From a virus (Duplodnaviria; Heunggongvirae; Uroviricota; Caudoviricetes), in the IMG/VR virus record IMGVR_UViG_2541047696_000007: a stretch of DNA of 47,685 nucleotides; one strand, given 5' to 3'. The notes under the pieces are model-generated. The model saw only the letters and a program-made list of their open reading frames with translations, did no database searches and was not told the origin of the DNA. This document shows, one piece after another, positions 14,581 through 24,521 of this stretch. A program made the position numbers and the translations under genes. Every line of letters starts with the position of its first letter. Within the stretch, counting starts at the first letter, position 1.

Positions 14581-17500
14581 TACCGATATGCTCCACTTAA
14601 CCGACCACCATCACGGGCCTGCTGTTGCATAAAGTCCGCTGCCGCTTTTTTCCCGAGGTCATAAACCGCCTTCAGGGCAGCCGGACCTATCTGCCCGTTC
14701 GTGCCATCGTTATTGATCTCGATGTTGTACTGCGGGGAAAACATCGCCATACCTGAACCCCCAATATCCGCCACAACCCCCAGCTTACCGTCAGCACCAC
14801 GACGCAATGGCAGAATGGCTTCAGGTCCCGCTTCCCCCATCACACCCGCGCCTTTTGCAAAAGCAAAAAACGTCGGACGGTTAACCACCGTGCCACTGTA
14901 ACGACTCAAATCAGCAGACTGATAAATCCCCCCATTGGCATTCAGGGAAAGGCTGCTGAGATCAAATCCCAGCACACTGCCAATCCCTTTTATCGATTTC
15001 ATCATGGTTGCCTGCGCCAGGATTTTCGCCATATCTGACAGCACAGAAGAGGTGAAGGATTTGAAATTGAGTTTGCCGGTAGTGACAAAAGTTGCCAGGC
15101 CATTTCCCATGTTGCTGAAGGCTGACGAGAACACCTGTTCTGCTGTTCCTGCCGTATTATCTGCATCCACGGTAAAATCCTGAAATGCACGCAGGACTCC
15201 GTTTTTCCAGTTACCCTGCACAACTTCAAGCTGTTGCCAGTAACGGCGATTCTCATTCAGTTGTCGGTTCAGGCTCTCCGTCAGCGCCTGCTCGGCCTTT
15301 CTGTAGTCATCCGTGTTATATGTTCCTTTCTGCTCACTATCCCGCCTCAACTGCTCCAGCTGTTGCTGGTATTTCTGGCGAAGACTCAGTTGTACCTGAT
15401 ATCGCTGCCGCTGCTGATCACCCATACCCACCGTGGCGATATCCAGGTCATGTTGCTGACGCTGAGCGCGCTCTTCTTCAGCCAGTTGACTGGTCAGCTG
15501 AATTGTTTTTTTCTTCAGCTCGTTGAGTGCCGTCTGTTTCTGAAGCTCCTGCTGTTTTACATCCAGCAGCGTCAGTGCCTGAATCAGTTCATCTTTACGG
15601 GCCAGCACACTCTTTTCATCTGCCGTCAGTTTTTTCCCGTCCAGGTCGCTGATGCGCTGCTGCAGAGCCAGAAGCTGTTTATGCGCTTCTGTCATCCTTT
15701 CCGTGGCAATGCCTGCTGACTGTCTGGCAGCAGCAATCTGTCCTTCCACCTGTGCCTGTTGCTGACTGTACTGCAGCAATAACCGGGTGGCCTCATCATT
15801 ACGGGGTTCGCGTGTTTTTTTCTTACCGGATGCCAGGGCTTTCTCGTAACGTTCATTTTCACGTTGTATCGCTGCATCCCTGACAGCCTGATCGGCGTAC
15901 TGCATGGAATTAATACGCGCAATTTCACGCTGATGTCGTGCTGCTTCCGTTTCATTCATCCGGTTCAGTGCAGCATTTTCAGCATTACGTCGTTTCTGTT
16001 GCTCCTGATAATTCCGCTCTGCCTGCTCTTTTGCATCCTGCAAATCCTTCTGGCGTTTTTTCTCCTGAAGATCGTTAAGACGCTGCTGATCGTATTCAAC
16101 CTGAGAAGATGATGCCGTCCAGGGGAGTCTTTTCGCCCGCGACACTTTCTCCTGTAAAGCGGCAATCTGTTCATCCAGCGAGTCTTCACGACCAATATTC
16201 ATGGCCGCATCCCAGAAACGACTCCACAAATCAGACAGATACTTCAGCGTACTGCCAAGCGCATTGAGGTTATTATCAATATCCGCAGTACGCCGACCGG
16301 TTTCCTCTGCCAGTGCAGACATGGCTATCCGTGCAGCATCACTGGACCGTCCCTGATCCCCAAGGACACGTATCTGCTCAAGCTGAGTGGCAGTAAGAAA
16401 ATGCAGCTCATTGTCCAGAGCCTTCGCGGCATTTACAGGATCATCCTTCAGCCGCTTAAACTGATTTATGGTATCGCTGACCGACTGGCCAACCGATCGC
16501 TCCATCTGTGCGGCAGCTCTCGCCACCATACCGATATCGTTTCCACGAAATGCACCACTCCCCACCACCTGAGCCAGCGCACCGGCTGCAGCATGTTGCG
16601 TGATACCATTCCCGGAAATAGCACGACTGAGCGTCCACAGCTGCCCGGCAGTGACTCCGGCATAATGCCCCGTCAGCGACAACTGGCGGTTAAATTCTTC
16701 CCCCTCCTTCTGACCGTCATACCAGGCTTTACCCAGACCATAGACGGACGCGGCAATACCGCCAATAACCCCGCCAAGCATCATGCCTTTCGGTGACATC
16801 AGAGTGTCTATCCATCCGGCACGGTTAGCCAGCGTTATCCCGGATCCCCTCAGCGCCCCTAAATTGCCGCGGGCCAGTTCACCTATCAGAACGCCAATCT
16901 CCTGGCGGGCCGCTGCACTTTTCAGACCCAGCGAATGCGTGGCTTTTCCTGCCTGCTCCATTTTGCGGATATACACTTCTGCAGCACTGCTTACCCCCAG
17001 CTGGGCAGCCTTAGCACGAAGCAACTCAGAAGAAGAAAGATTCTGGCGGGTTGCCTGCTCTTTAAGCTGACGGATAAACGCCACTTTCTGTCGGGTAGCC
17101 TCTTCCTCAGCCTGCGTAAGAACACGGGTTTTCGCCGTAACCTCAGAAATCAGCGCCAGATAATCCTGCTGACCAATCCCGCCACTGTTTCTGGCCTGTC
17201 GGATCTGCTGCTGAATACGCTGTAATTCCTGCAGCCCCGCACTGGCCTGTTTCACACTGTCAATCTGACGATAAAACGCGGCAGCCGCTTTATCCTGAGC
17301 CTCCGCCAGAGCCATGGCCTGCGCCTGTTCCTCGCGCATTTTCTGGCTCAGTGCCTCCATACGCTGGCGGGTTTGCTCCACCTCGCGGGCCATGCGTTCA
17401 TGAGCCTGTGCGCTCTTCTCCACCGTCTGCGCATGGACGGATGCGGCTGTTGCAGCCGAAGAAGCCGCCTGCATTGTCTGCCGGGCGGCCTGAGTCTGAC

Positions 17501-17675
17501 GCTCCATAAAACGCTGCATACGGGCAGAAGACCGTTCTGCATCGCTGGCTGCACCATTCAGAAGGTTTTTGATACGGGGAATTTCATTTTTAAACTCTGC
17601 CGCATCAATCCCCAAATCAATGACCAGGTTGGCTATCTGGTCCATAACGCACACCTCCGGAAATACCTTCCCCAA
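14580..17675 (-). CDS. H: tail tape measure protein H
   Basis: 1031-aa ORF with long coiled-coil-like Q/E/R/A-rich centre, at the lambda H position between G-T and M; likely ATG start is at about 17645. Confidence 0.9.
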
Positions 17676-17946
17676 GATGCATCAGTTCTTCGTCCGTTCG
17701 CTCCGGTATCCCGTTCTCTTCCGGTAAAAGGCTGAAATCAGCCACCGCAGCATCACTGCTACCGGACACCATTCTCACGATCAATGCCTTCAGCGAGGCA
17801 AACTGCGCATCCATCCACACATCACTGAAGCTCTGCATCCGGAAATAATCGCCCCACTCACCAAGCTCAGTGGCCGACATTTCCGACAGCATCCGCCGCC
17901 AGTCTGCCCGCCGGAACTCCCGGGCAAGCCGCATGACAAACTGCAT
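17617..17946 (-). CDS. T: tail assembly chaperone T portion (G-T fusion by -1 frameshift)
   Basis: ORF in the -1 frame relative to G, overlapping the G 3' end, as in the lambda G/GT arrangement; candidate slip site GGAAAAG at 17961-17967. Confidence 0.6.
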   Translation of the reverse strand: MQFVMRLAREFRRADWRRMLSEMSATELGEWGDYFRMQSFSDVWMDAQFASLKALIVRMVSGSSDAAVADFSLLPEENGIPERTDEELMHLGEGISGGVRYGPDSQPGH

Positions 17947-17954
17947 TTCCCGCG

Positions 17955-18344
17955 TCAGGACTTTTCCGGCGTCAGCACCTCATGCTCCAAATCCCCGGCA
18001 TTCTCAATGACTCCCATACCGCTCAGCGACAGAACCATCTCCGCCCCCGCTCCCAGGGCATCATACGACCATGTTGTAATAACGGATGCGCAAAGCGTCT
18101 CAACATCCTGAGACTGTTCCGCATTCCACAGTGAGCGGGAAACCAGCCAGGCATTGATATCCATCCCCATCCGCAGAAAAGCAATCTGTCGTTCAGCCTC
18201 CGGCAGTTCTCCCTCTTCGGCATCAAACTTTGCCGTTCGCTGCTGAACAAACGCCAGATATTCAATTCTCTGCAGCCCGGACAGCTCACTGAGCACCACG
18301 GACTGCTTTTCATAATTAAACGTGCCCTGTTTCAGAAACATCAT
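17955..18344 (-). CDS. G: tail assembly chaperone G
   Basis: Lambda gpG-like (MFLKQGTFNYEKQSVVLSELSGLQRIEYLA...); GGTGGAG Shine-Dalgarno sequence upstream of the ATG pair at 18344/18341. Confidence 0.8.
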   Translation of the reverse strand: MMFLKQGTFNYEKQSVVLSELSGLQRIEYLAFVQQRTAKFDAEEGELPEAERQIAFLRMGMDINAWLVSRSLWNAEQSQDVETLCASVITTWSYDALGAGAEMVLSLSGMGVIENAGDLEHEVLTPEKS

Positions 18345-18401
18345 GTTCTCCACCTGCAAAAAAGCCCCGGATAACCGGGGCAAATGATGAGTATCGTCCT
18401 G

Positions 18402-19151
18402 TTAACCTGCGGCGCTGACAGCCACCGCAGCCACTGCCACAAAATCGCCGTCAGAAGTCATGCCCACAATGCTGACACTGCCCTGCTTCACGCCTTTCAC
18501 CGTGGCCACAAGCCCGTTCAGGGTCACCGTGGCAGTCTGTGGATCTGTCGAATGCACACTGATCGCTTTGTCACTGGCTCCGTCAGGTTTTACTGTAAAG
18601 GTCAGCGTGGTGGTTGCTCCCACTTTTACACTGGCAGATGCCGGTGCCACCGTCAGCCCGGTAACGCTCACTGTTTCAGTGCCTTCCTCTGCCAGATACG
18701 GACGCCCCACACCGCTGATTTTCACTGTGCGGGTCATCACGTCTTTTGAGGCAATGGTTTTACCCAGTGAGCTCAGCCAGCCACGGAAAACATCAACAGT
18801 GCCGTTGGGATATTTGATACGAAACGCGCAGACTTCACCGGAGTCGAACAACTGAACCAGTTTTTTCTGCCCGCTGTCACCCGGACGCCAGGCCAGCGTC
18901 GCCGAAGTATCACCGACGGATTTCTGCCCCTGGGTTGTCGTTTTCCAGTCTGCATCTTCATCATCGAGATAAGTGTCATCTTCTGCATCAGCGGTCATTT
19001 CGCCAGGTTGCAGATCCTTCACCATCGCAAGACGCAGCCAGTCAGTGTCCGATAAAGGGTTCGCAAACGCATCGCCCTTGCCGGTGTACATCCAGAACGT
19101 CGTTCCCGCACCTTTCGTTTTTGCCAGTGGATTTGGTGTGGTCATTGCCAC
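18402..19151 (-). CDS. V: major tail protein V
   Basis: 249-aa ORF recognised as lambda gpV-like (KGAGTTFWMYTGKGDAFANPLSD...DVFRGW) with a C-terminal Ig-like region. Confidence 0.9.
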   Translation of the reverse strand: MAMTTPNPLAKTKGAGTTFWMYTGKGDAFANPLSDTDWLRLAMVKDLQPGEMTADAEDDTYLDDEDADWKTTTQGQKSVGDTSATLAWRPGDSGQKKLVQLFDSGEVCAFRIKYPNGTVDVFRGWLSSLGKTIASKDVMTRTVKISGVGRPYLAEEGTETVSVTGLTVAPASASVKVGATTTLTFTVKPDGASDKAISVHSTDPQTATVTLNGLVATVKGVKQGSVSIVGMTSDGDFVAVAAVAVSAAG

Positions 19152-19156
19152 CTCCT

Positions 19157-19570
19157 TTAATTCGTGTACGTGATCTGGTACGTGATTTCCGCCATCGCCC
19201 AGGTGGCCATCTCATTATCACGTTGATAGTTAAAACCGAGAGGGATCAGGGTGTCGATGAGTCCGGAAAGTGCCGGTATATCATTCAGGGCCGGGAAAAT
19301 GGTGCTCTCCATCCACATATCCAGCTCTGAATCCGGTGCCTGTGCCCGGATGAAGACAGCAATATGCAGAACAGCCTGCCAGTCATCTTCATCCGTCATT
19401 TTTCCGGTGTACTGAGCATCACTCAGCCACACCGCCACGGCAGGCAGTTCCTGCGCATCAATAAATGCCGGAAGCCCGTCAAAAAACGTGGCGCTGTCTC
19501 CACACTGTTCCCGAAGGCGTGCCAGTACGGCCTGGCGGATTTGTGTATGTCGGTTCATCGGGTCAGCCAT
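19157..19570 (-). CDS. U: tail terminator protein U
   Basis: Lambda gpU-like (ATFFDG..PAVAVWL...PDSELDMWMES...DIPALS); start could be the ATG at 19558. Confidence 0.85.
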   Translation of the reverse strand: MADPMNRHTQIRQAVLARLREQCGDSATFFDGLPAFIDAQELPAVAVWLSDAQYTGKMTDEDDWQAVLHIAVFIRAQAPDSELDMWMESTIFPALNDIPALSGLIDTLIPLGFNYQRDNEMATWAMAEITYQITYTN

Positions 19571-20133
19571 AACCTCAGTTGTTGTTTCAGTGCATACCCC
19601 AGCTGTTTCGGCATTTCCGCAGCAATAATGCGGTCGCGGGCATCTTCAAATGCCTGTGTCAGCGGTCCGGACAGCGGGACTTTCACCACATCAATGGGGT
19701 AACGATTTTTGCCATCAATACGCCGCATCACATGCCAGCGACCATTCGCCAGTTGCTGAATAAACGCATCCCGGAAAAGATATTTACCCACCTTCAGCAC
19801 ACTGCCACGGTACTGCAGTTTTCCACCACGCCGGGCCAGTCTGACCCGGGCTGTCCCCAGCTTAATAGCGGGCAGATTGCCCCGGTTAACGCGGATCCTG
19901 GCCGTCATTTTTCCTGACGGACTGGCTTTAAACACCCGGACACGCTGACGTACCAGTTTCAGGGGGATCCCTTTCACCTGGTTATCTCCCGCAACGGTAT
20001 TCCCGGCAACCTGCCGGGTGGCGACCGAGACCGCTTTCTGTGCCACACGGTTTATCGCCCATGCGCTGGCCTGTGGCACCATACGGGTATCAAGGCTGTT
20101 CAGATTACGGATGGCATTCTCAAGCCCCTTCAT
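19555..20133 (-). CDS. Z: tail completion protein Z
   Basis: 192-aa ORF, lambda gpZ-like (MKGLENAIRNL...NGRWHVMRRIDGKNRYPIDVVKVP). Confidence 0.85.
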   Translation of the reverse strand: MKGLENAIRNLNSLDTRMVPQASAWAINRVAQKAVSVATRQVAGNTVAGDNQVKGIPLKLVRQRVRVFKASPSGKMTARIRVNRGNLPAIKLGTARVRLARRGGKLQYRGSVLKVGKYLFRDAFIQQLANGRWHVMRRIDGKNRYPIDVVKVPLSGPLTQAFEDARDRIIAAEMPKQLGYALKQQLRLWLTR

Positions 20134-20144
20134 CCCACACCTCT

Positions 20145-20420
20145 TTACTCAATAAAGATCATTGGCTTACCGTTAAAACGTTCATGCCGTGTGACCGTCC
20201 ATTGTTGTCCGTCATAAACAACGCGATCCCCGCGCCGTGGGCGGTATCCCGAAGAAAACACCACCAGAGAGACCGCAGGTCCGGACAGAGCATTCAGCTC
20301 TGCCAGTGTTTCTCCCGGGATCACAGTCATATCGACATCATTAATCGAGGCTGTCTTTCCCATCTTTCTGACCGTGATAGCATCCATACGCGCTGCCAGC
20401 CGGGAAAAGGGATCAGACAT
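20145..20420 (-). CDS. head-tail joining protein (FII-like)
   Basis: 91-aa ORF between the head module and Z, at the position of lambda FII; assignment is by position and weak resemblance only. Confidence 0.45.
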   Translation of the reverse strand: MSDPFSRLAARMDAITVRKMGKTASINDVDMTVIPGETLAELNALSGPAVSLVVFSSGYRPRRGDRVVYDGQQWTVTRHERFNGKPMIFIE

Positions 20421-20736
20421 TGAGTTTTACCGGCACTTCTTCTGCACTGGTTCCGGCATCTGCCCAGACAACCCCGACCAGCGGATCAGAGCCGCTGTTA
20501 GTCAGCTGAACTTTTCCGGACTTCAGATAAACCTTCTTACCCGTTTTCATGTCATCCGTTTTCAGCTTAGGCAGCATAAACACACCTTCGGTCATGCCGT
20601 CGCCTGTTTCACCCTGTGGAATATCGGTCAGCGCCACCGCAAAAACATCGCCCACCTGCACCAGATCTCCGCTGCTGATGGCTGCACTGGCAACAATCGC
20701 CACCGTTTTTCCTTCTTCTACAAAATTCTTTGCCAT
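20413..20736 (-). CDS. small head protein of unknown function (possible decoration/head-completion protein)
   Basis: 107-aa product starting MAKNFVEEGK with GGAG Shine-Dalgarno upstream; sits directly downstream of the capsid gene. Confidence 0.4.
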   Translation of the reverse strand: MAKNFVEEGKTVAIVASAAISSGDLVQVGDVFAVALTDIPQGETGDGMTEGVFMLPKLKTDDMKTGKKVYLKSGKVQLTNSGSDPLVGVVWADAGTSAEEVPVKLNV

Positions 20737-20822
20737 AACTGTCTCCGCACAGCCCCGTTCAGGGGCTGATTTCAGGTACAAAAAAAGCCCTTACGGGCCA
20801 TCAGAGTTGTTGTCTGCGACGT

Positions 20823-22781
20823 TTACGCCGTACATTTCACCAGACCGCGGTGATCAACTGGCGCGACACCGGCGTCAATACGCACTTTCGTTGTCACGCC
20901 ATCCACACTGAAGCCCTCCATCTGATCAATATATGGCGTATCCACACCGTTGAGATAAGCCACTTCAATCGTATCGGAGCCTTTTGACGCAGCCAGGTAG
21001 AAGGTGGTCTGGCTGTTATCATCAAGACGAGGCTCTGCAATAACGGTCGCAAAATCTTTCACCGGGTTAATAATACCGGCGTTAATGTCAGCCCCCTTGA
21101 CACTTGAGGAGCGAATGACCTGGTTAGCAACAGACTCCATCGCCGTCGGTACCAGTACGAACGCAGGACGAATATTCAGATGACGCTCCCCCTCTTTCTG
21201 AACGCGCATCAACTGGCGGGCTTTATCCAGCGATGCCACGTCCATTGCAGCGCTCTCCAGTACGTTTGCATGTTTCGCTTTATCGAACAGACTTACATTA
21301 TCTGTGGAGATTTTCGGGTTAGACGTCAGAATGGCATAAACCAGATCGGCAATAGTGGATTTCGCCGCACGGCCCAGTTTCATCGGGACATCGGTCAGCA
21401 TATTCAGATCATCATTGATAATGGCCTGACGGGTGATACTGAACAGCTCGCCATAGGTCGCCAGTGCAATAGTGGCCTGTTTATCTCCGGTGGTGACGTA
21501 TTTATATTCCGCCCCTTCACGCACCTGACGTAGAGCACTGAAGCCCCCCATACCCACACGATGGGCAATTTTAAAATCAGACAACTGACCTTTCCGCGTC
21601 CACTGTTCATAGGTTTCAGGGGCATCTTCCCAGCCCTGCAGAATGGCTTTGTTCGCAACATCCAGCAGAATATTACCGAAGTCAGACGTACTGTGTGTGA
21701 ACGCCGCACCGACCATCTGCATCGGGTTATAACCGGAAACCCCAATACCCCGTTCAGTTAGTGACATACGGGCATATTCACGCAGGGTCATCCCGTTGTA
21801 GACATTATCACGTTCGGTTTTTTCAAATCCGGCACGCGCCATCAGCGCCTGGCGAATCCCGTCCCCCACAAAATTACCGTTACCGGCATAAATATGAGCC
21901 GGGGTATTTTTATTGGATGGCGTGGACTCGCGCCCCATCTCGTTCAACAGCTTTTCACGGGCCTGCTCCAGCGAACATTCAGGATCGGCAAGACACTGGG
22001 CCTGCAGCGTCTGATAACGCCCGCCAAACATGGCAAACAGATCATTAATACCGTTTACACGCGCTTTTTGCTCTGCCAGTACCTGCGCACGGATACTGTT
22101 TTCATCCACCACGGGTGCTGCTGCCTGCACTGGCGTCCGGGAGGCTGCAGGTTCATCATCCTGTACGCGTGGAGCACTGTTGCGTGGCGGAGTAATCATG
22201 TTTCGAATGGATTCCGGCATCTTTTTAAATTCCTCTGTACGTTTTGACTGAATACATGCCATTGCCTTAACGGCTGGTGTCACCTGATCAGCAAATCCCT
22301 GTGCCAGACATTCGGCACCGGACATCCAGGTCTCATCCGCCAGCATGGCAGCAATTTCATCGGTGGTTTTCCCGGTTTTCTGTGCATAAGCGGGTAACAG
22401 AACCGCCTCAACTTTATCGAGCAGGTCGGCATAGGTGCGCATGTCCTCCGCATCACCGCCCGTAAAGCCAAATGGTTTATGAATCATCATGAAGGAGTTT
22501 TCCGGCATAATGACCGGGTTTCCCACCATCGCAATGACCGACGCCATTGACGCCGCCACACCGTCGACATAAACGGTAATGGACGCACCATGTGTTTTCA
22601 GTGCATTAAAAATGGCGATGCCTTCAAAGACATCGCCACCCGGTGAATTAATATGGAGATTAATGTGGGTGATATCGCCCAGTGCATTCAGATCACTGAT
22701 AAACTGCTTCGCTGTAACACCCCAGAAACCAATCTCGTCATAAATATAAATATCCGCGTCACTCTGGTGACCTGCCTGCAT
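20823..22781 (-). CDS. prohead protease (ClpP/S14-like) fused to major capsid protein
   Basis: N-terminal part has ClpP-like motifs (INSPGGDVFEGIAIFNALK...MASVIAMVG...MIHKP); ~400-aa C-terminal region consistent with a capsid protein; start taken at MQAGHQ (22781), overlapping the portal stop. Confidence 0.6.
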   Translation of the reverse strand: MQAGHQSDADIYIYDEIGFWGVTAKQFISDLNALGDITHINLHINSPGGDVFEGIAIFNALKTHGASITVYVDGVAASMASVIAMVGNPVIMPENSFMMIHKPFGFTGGDAEDMRTYADLLDKVEAVLLPAYAQKTGKTTDEIAAMLADETWMSGAECLAQGFADQVTPAVKAMACIQSKRTEEFKKMPESIRNMITPPRNSAPRVQDDEPAASRTPVQAAAPVVDENSIRAQVLAEQKARVNGINDLFAMFGGRYQTLQAQCLADPECSLEQAREKLLNEMGRESTPSNKNTPAHIYAGNGNFVGDGIRQALMARAGFEKTERDNVYNGMTLREYARMSLTERGIGVSGYNPMQMVGAAFTHSTSDFGNILLDVANKAILQGWEDAPETYEQWTRKGQLSDFKIAHRVGMGGFSALRQVREGAEYKYVTTGDKQATIALATYGELFSITRQAIINDDLNMLTDVPMKLGRAAKSTIADLVYAILTSNPKISTDNVSLFDKAKHANVLESAAMDVASLDKARQLMRVQKEGERHLNIRPAFVLVPTAMESVANQVIRSSSVKGADINAGIINPVKDFATVIAEPRLDDNSQTTFYLAASKGSDTIEVAYLNGVDTPYIDQMEGFSVDGVTTKVRIDAGVAPVDHRGLVKCTA

Positions 22782-22794
22782 CCTGAACCAGGAA

Positions 22795-24303
22795 TTATTC
22801 TTCGGACTGGTCGTCGGTGTGCTGCGGCTCCTGTCGTTTCGTTGCGGCACTGCTGCCTCCTTTATCACTGGCCGGATCGGTATCAAATACCAGATCCAGC
22901 TTGCGGTTTTCATCAATTTCGGCCTTGCGCCGACGTTTGACATCATCCGGATTACGACCACCTGCACGTACCCAGTCTGATTCTGTCGCCGCTCCACCAC
23001 GAATCTGAATTTTCCAGGCCTCAGCCTCCTTAACAGGGTCAATCCACGGCATCACCGGTCCGGAATACACCGCGGTATACAGTGAAGAACGATCAAGATC
23101 GCGGGGTAGCCTGATAACACCGGATGCCACAGCCTGTTTCAGCCAGGCACGATACATCGGGCGGGTGACGGCACCAATAAACCAGTCCTGCAGGATCAGG
23201 TAGCCATCAGTGGATTCAACCAGCTCCTGACGCTGGGCGCTGTAAGTGCCGTTATAGTTGCGTGCCGTACTGGAAAAACTCAGACGACTGCCCGCCGCCA
23301 CGGCACGCAACTGACCATTACGAAAAGTTTCAAGGTTAGGATTGGGACGATCCGACTTCACCATTCCGATTTCTTCGCCGGGTTTCAGATCGTCGTAAAT
23401 AATGCCTGGCTGAATGGTAAGCTCGCGTTCATTCTCCTTGCTGCCATTACCATCCGGTTCATAGCTCTGCCCGTCGCCTTTCCGGATGTACATCCCCAGA
23501 GCAGCGGCGATCCTTGCTGCAGTCAGCTCAGAATCTTCATACTCTTTCAGGGCACTGAGGCGGATCAGCACACCGGACAACAAAGACGTCCCGCGCATCT
23601 GGTGCAGACGGCGAACAAATTTAAGATGCAGCATTCGCTCTGCATCCACTTCTTTGGTTTCCATCTGCCGCCCGGATACGGGACGGCTTTTATACACCAG
23701 ATATTTTTCGGGACGCCCCCAGTCATCAACAAACACGCCCTGATTCAGCCTGTTGCTCTCATCACTGGTCATGGGAATAAAGTCCGGCTCGAGCGCCTCC
23801 AGCCAGAAATGAACACCGGCAGAAGGCGTCAGGCTGTTTATGCGCCCGGAAACCATCTGGGCAAACACCTCACCATCGCGCAGCCAGGTACGCAGCATCA
23901 GACGTTCCAGCATCGGACGGGTAAACTGCCCGGTGACTTCCGGACTGACAGACCATTCACTCCATCGGGTGCGTATCTCCGCTGCCAGATCACGGGCAAT
24001 GGCCCCATTGCGTAATACCGGATGTGGCTCGACAATAATCCCGTTTTTCCCCACCACCCGTTCTTCCAGCTTGTCAAATACACCAATAACCAGATCGTGG
24101 TTGTTATCAAGGTAACGGGCCTGCTCACGTAACGACACGGCCCCGTACTGGCTTAACTGGTCGGCAGTTCGGTTTTCCCGCCGGGCTTTGTGTGTCCGTG
24201 TCGTTTTTACGGCCTCATAAGCCTGGATCACCGCACGGGAACGCAGCCTTGCCGCTTTCCATCCTGGTGAAAAAACGCCAATCACATCATCAAGAATTGC
24301 CAT
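22795..24303 (-). CDS. portal protein
   Basis: ~502-aa ORF between W-like and protease-capsid genes; ATG at 24303 overlaps the W-like stop (ATGA); lambda B-like size and position. Confidence 0.85.
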   Translation of the reverse strand: MAILDDVIGVFSPGWKAARLRSRAVIQAYEAVKTTRTHKARRENRTADQLSQYGAVSLREQARYLDNNHDLVIGVFDKLEERVVGKNGIIVEPHPVLRNGAIARDLAAEIRTRWSEWSVSPEVTGQFTRPMLERLMLRTWLRDGEVFAQMVSGRINSLTPSAGVHFWLEALEPDFIPMTSDESNRLNQGVFVDDWGRPEKYLVYKSRPVSGRQMETKEVDAERMLHLKFVRRLHQMRGTSLLSGVLIRLSALKEYEDSELTAARIAAALGMYIRKGDGQSYEPDGNGSKENERELTIQPGIIYDDLKPGEEIGMVKSDRPNPNLETFRNGQLRAVAAGSRLSFSSTARNYNGTYSAQRQELVESTDGYLILQDWFIGAVTRPMYRAWLKQAVASGVIRLPRDLDRSSLYTAVYSGPVMPWIDPVKEAEAWKIQIRGGAATESDWVRAGGRNPDDVKRRRKAEIDENRKLDLVFDTDPASDKGGSSAATKRQEPQHTDDQSEE

Positions 24304-24521
24304 CAGAACCTCGCCAGCCGGTACCCGGGATGCCCCCGTCGTCGTGTAATCAGAGCCGCAAGGCGGCGCTCCCACTCCTGCCGTCCCTGCCGGATCTCAG
24401 ATAAGTTTTCCATGGTCATCTGCTGACCATTAAAGGTGACGGATTTTCCGTCCAGCACCGCCATTTCAGCTTCCGTATAACGCTGAATCATGGCTTCGAT
24501 ATCATTCTGGTTCATAACCAT
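24303..24521 (-). CDS. gpW-like head-tail connector protein
   Basis: 72-aa ORF between terminase large subunit and portal, ending ...RRRGHPGYRLARF, resembling the lambda gpW C-terminus. Confidence 0.5.
   Translation of the reverse strand: MVMNQNDIEAMIQRYTEAEMAVLDGKSVTFNGQQMTMENLSEIRQGRQEWERRLAALITRRRGHPGYRLARF

Noticed and set aside
15185-16112. Several 80-160-aa ORFs antisense to the tape measure gene.
   Set aside because: Overlap the continuous 1031-aa H frame and have no independent support.
21180-22471. Multiple 60-120-aa ORFs on both strands within the protease/capsid gene.
   Set aside because: All overlap the long head-protein frame; no family-like sequence.
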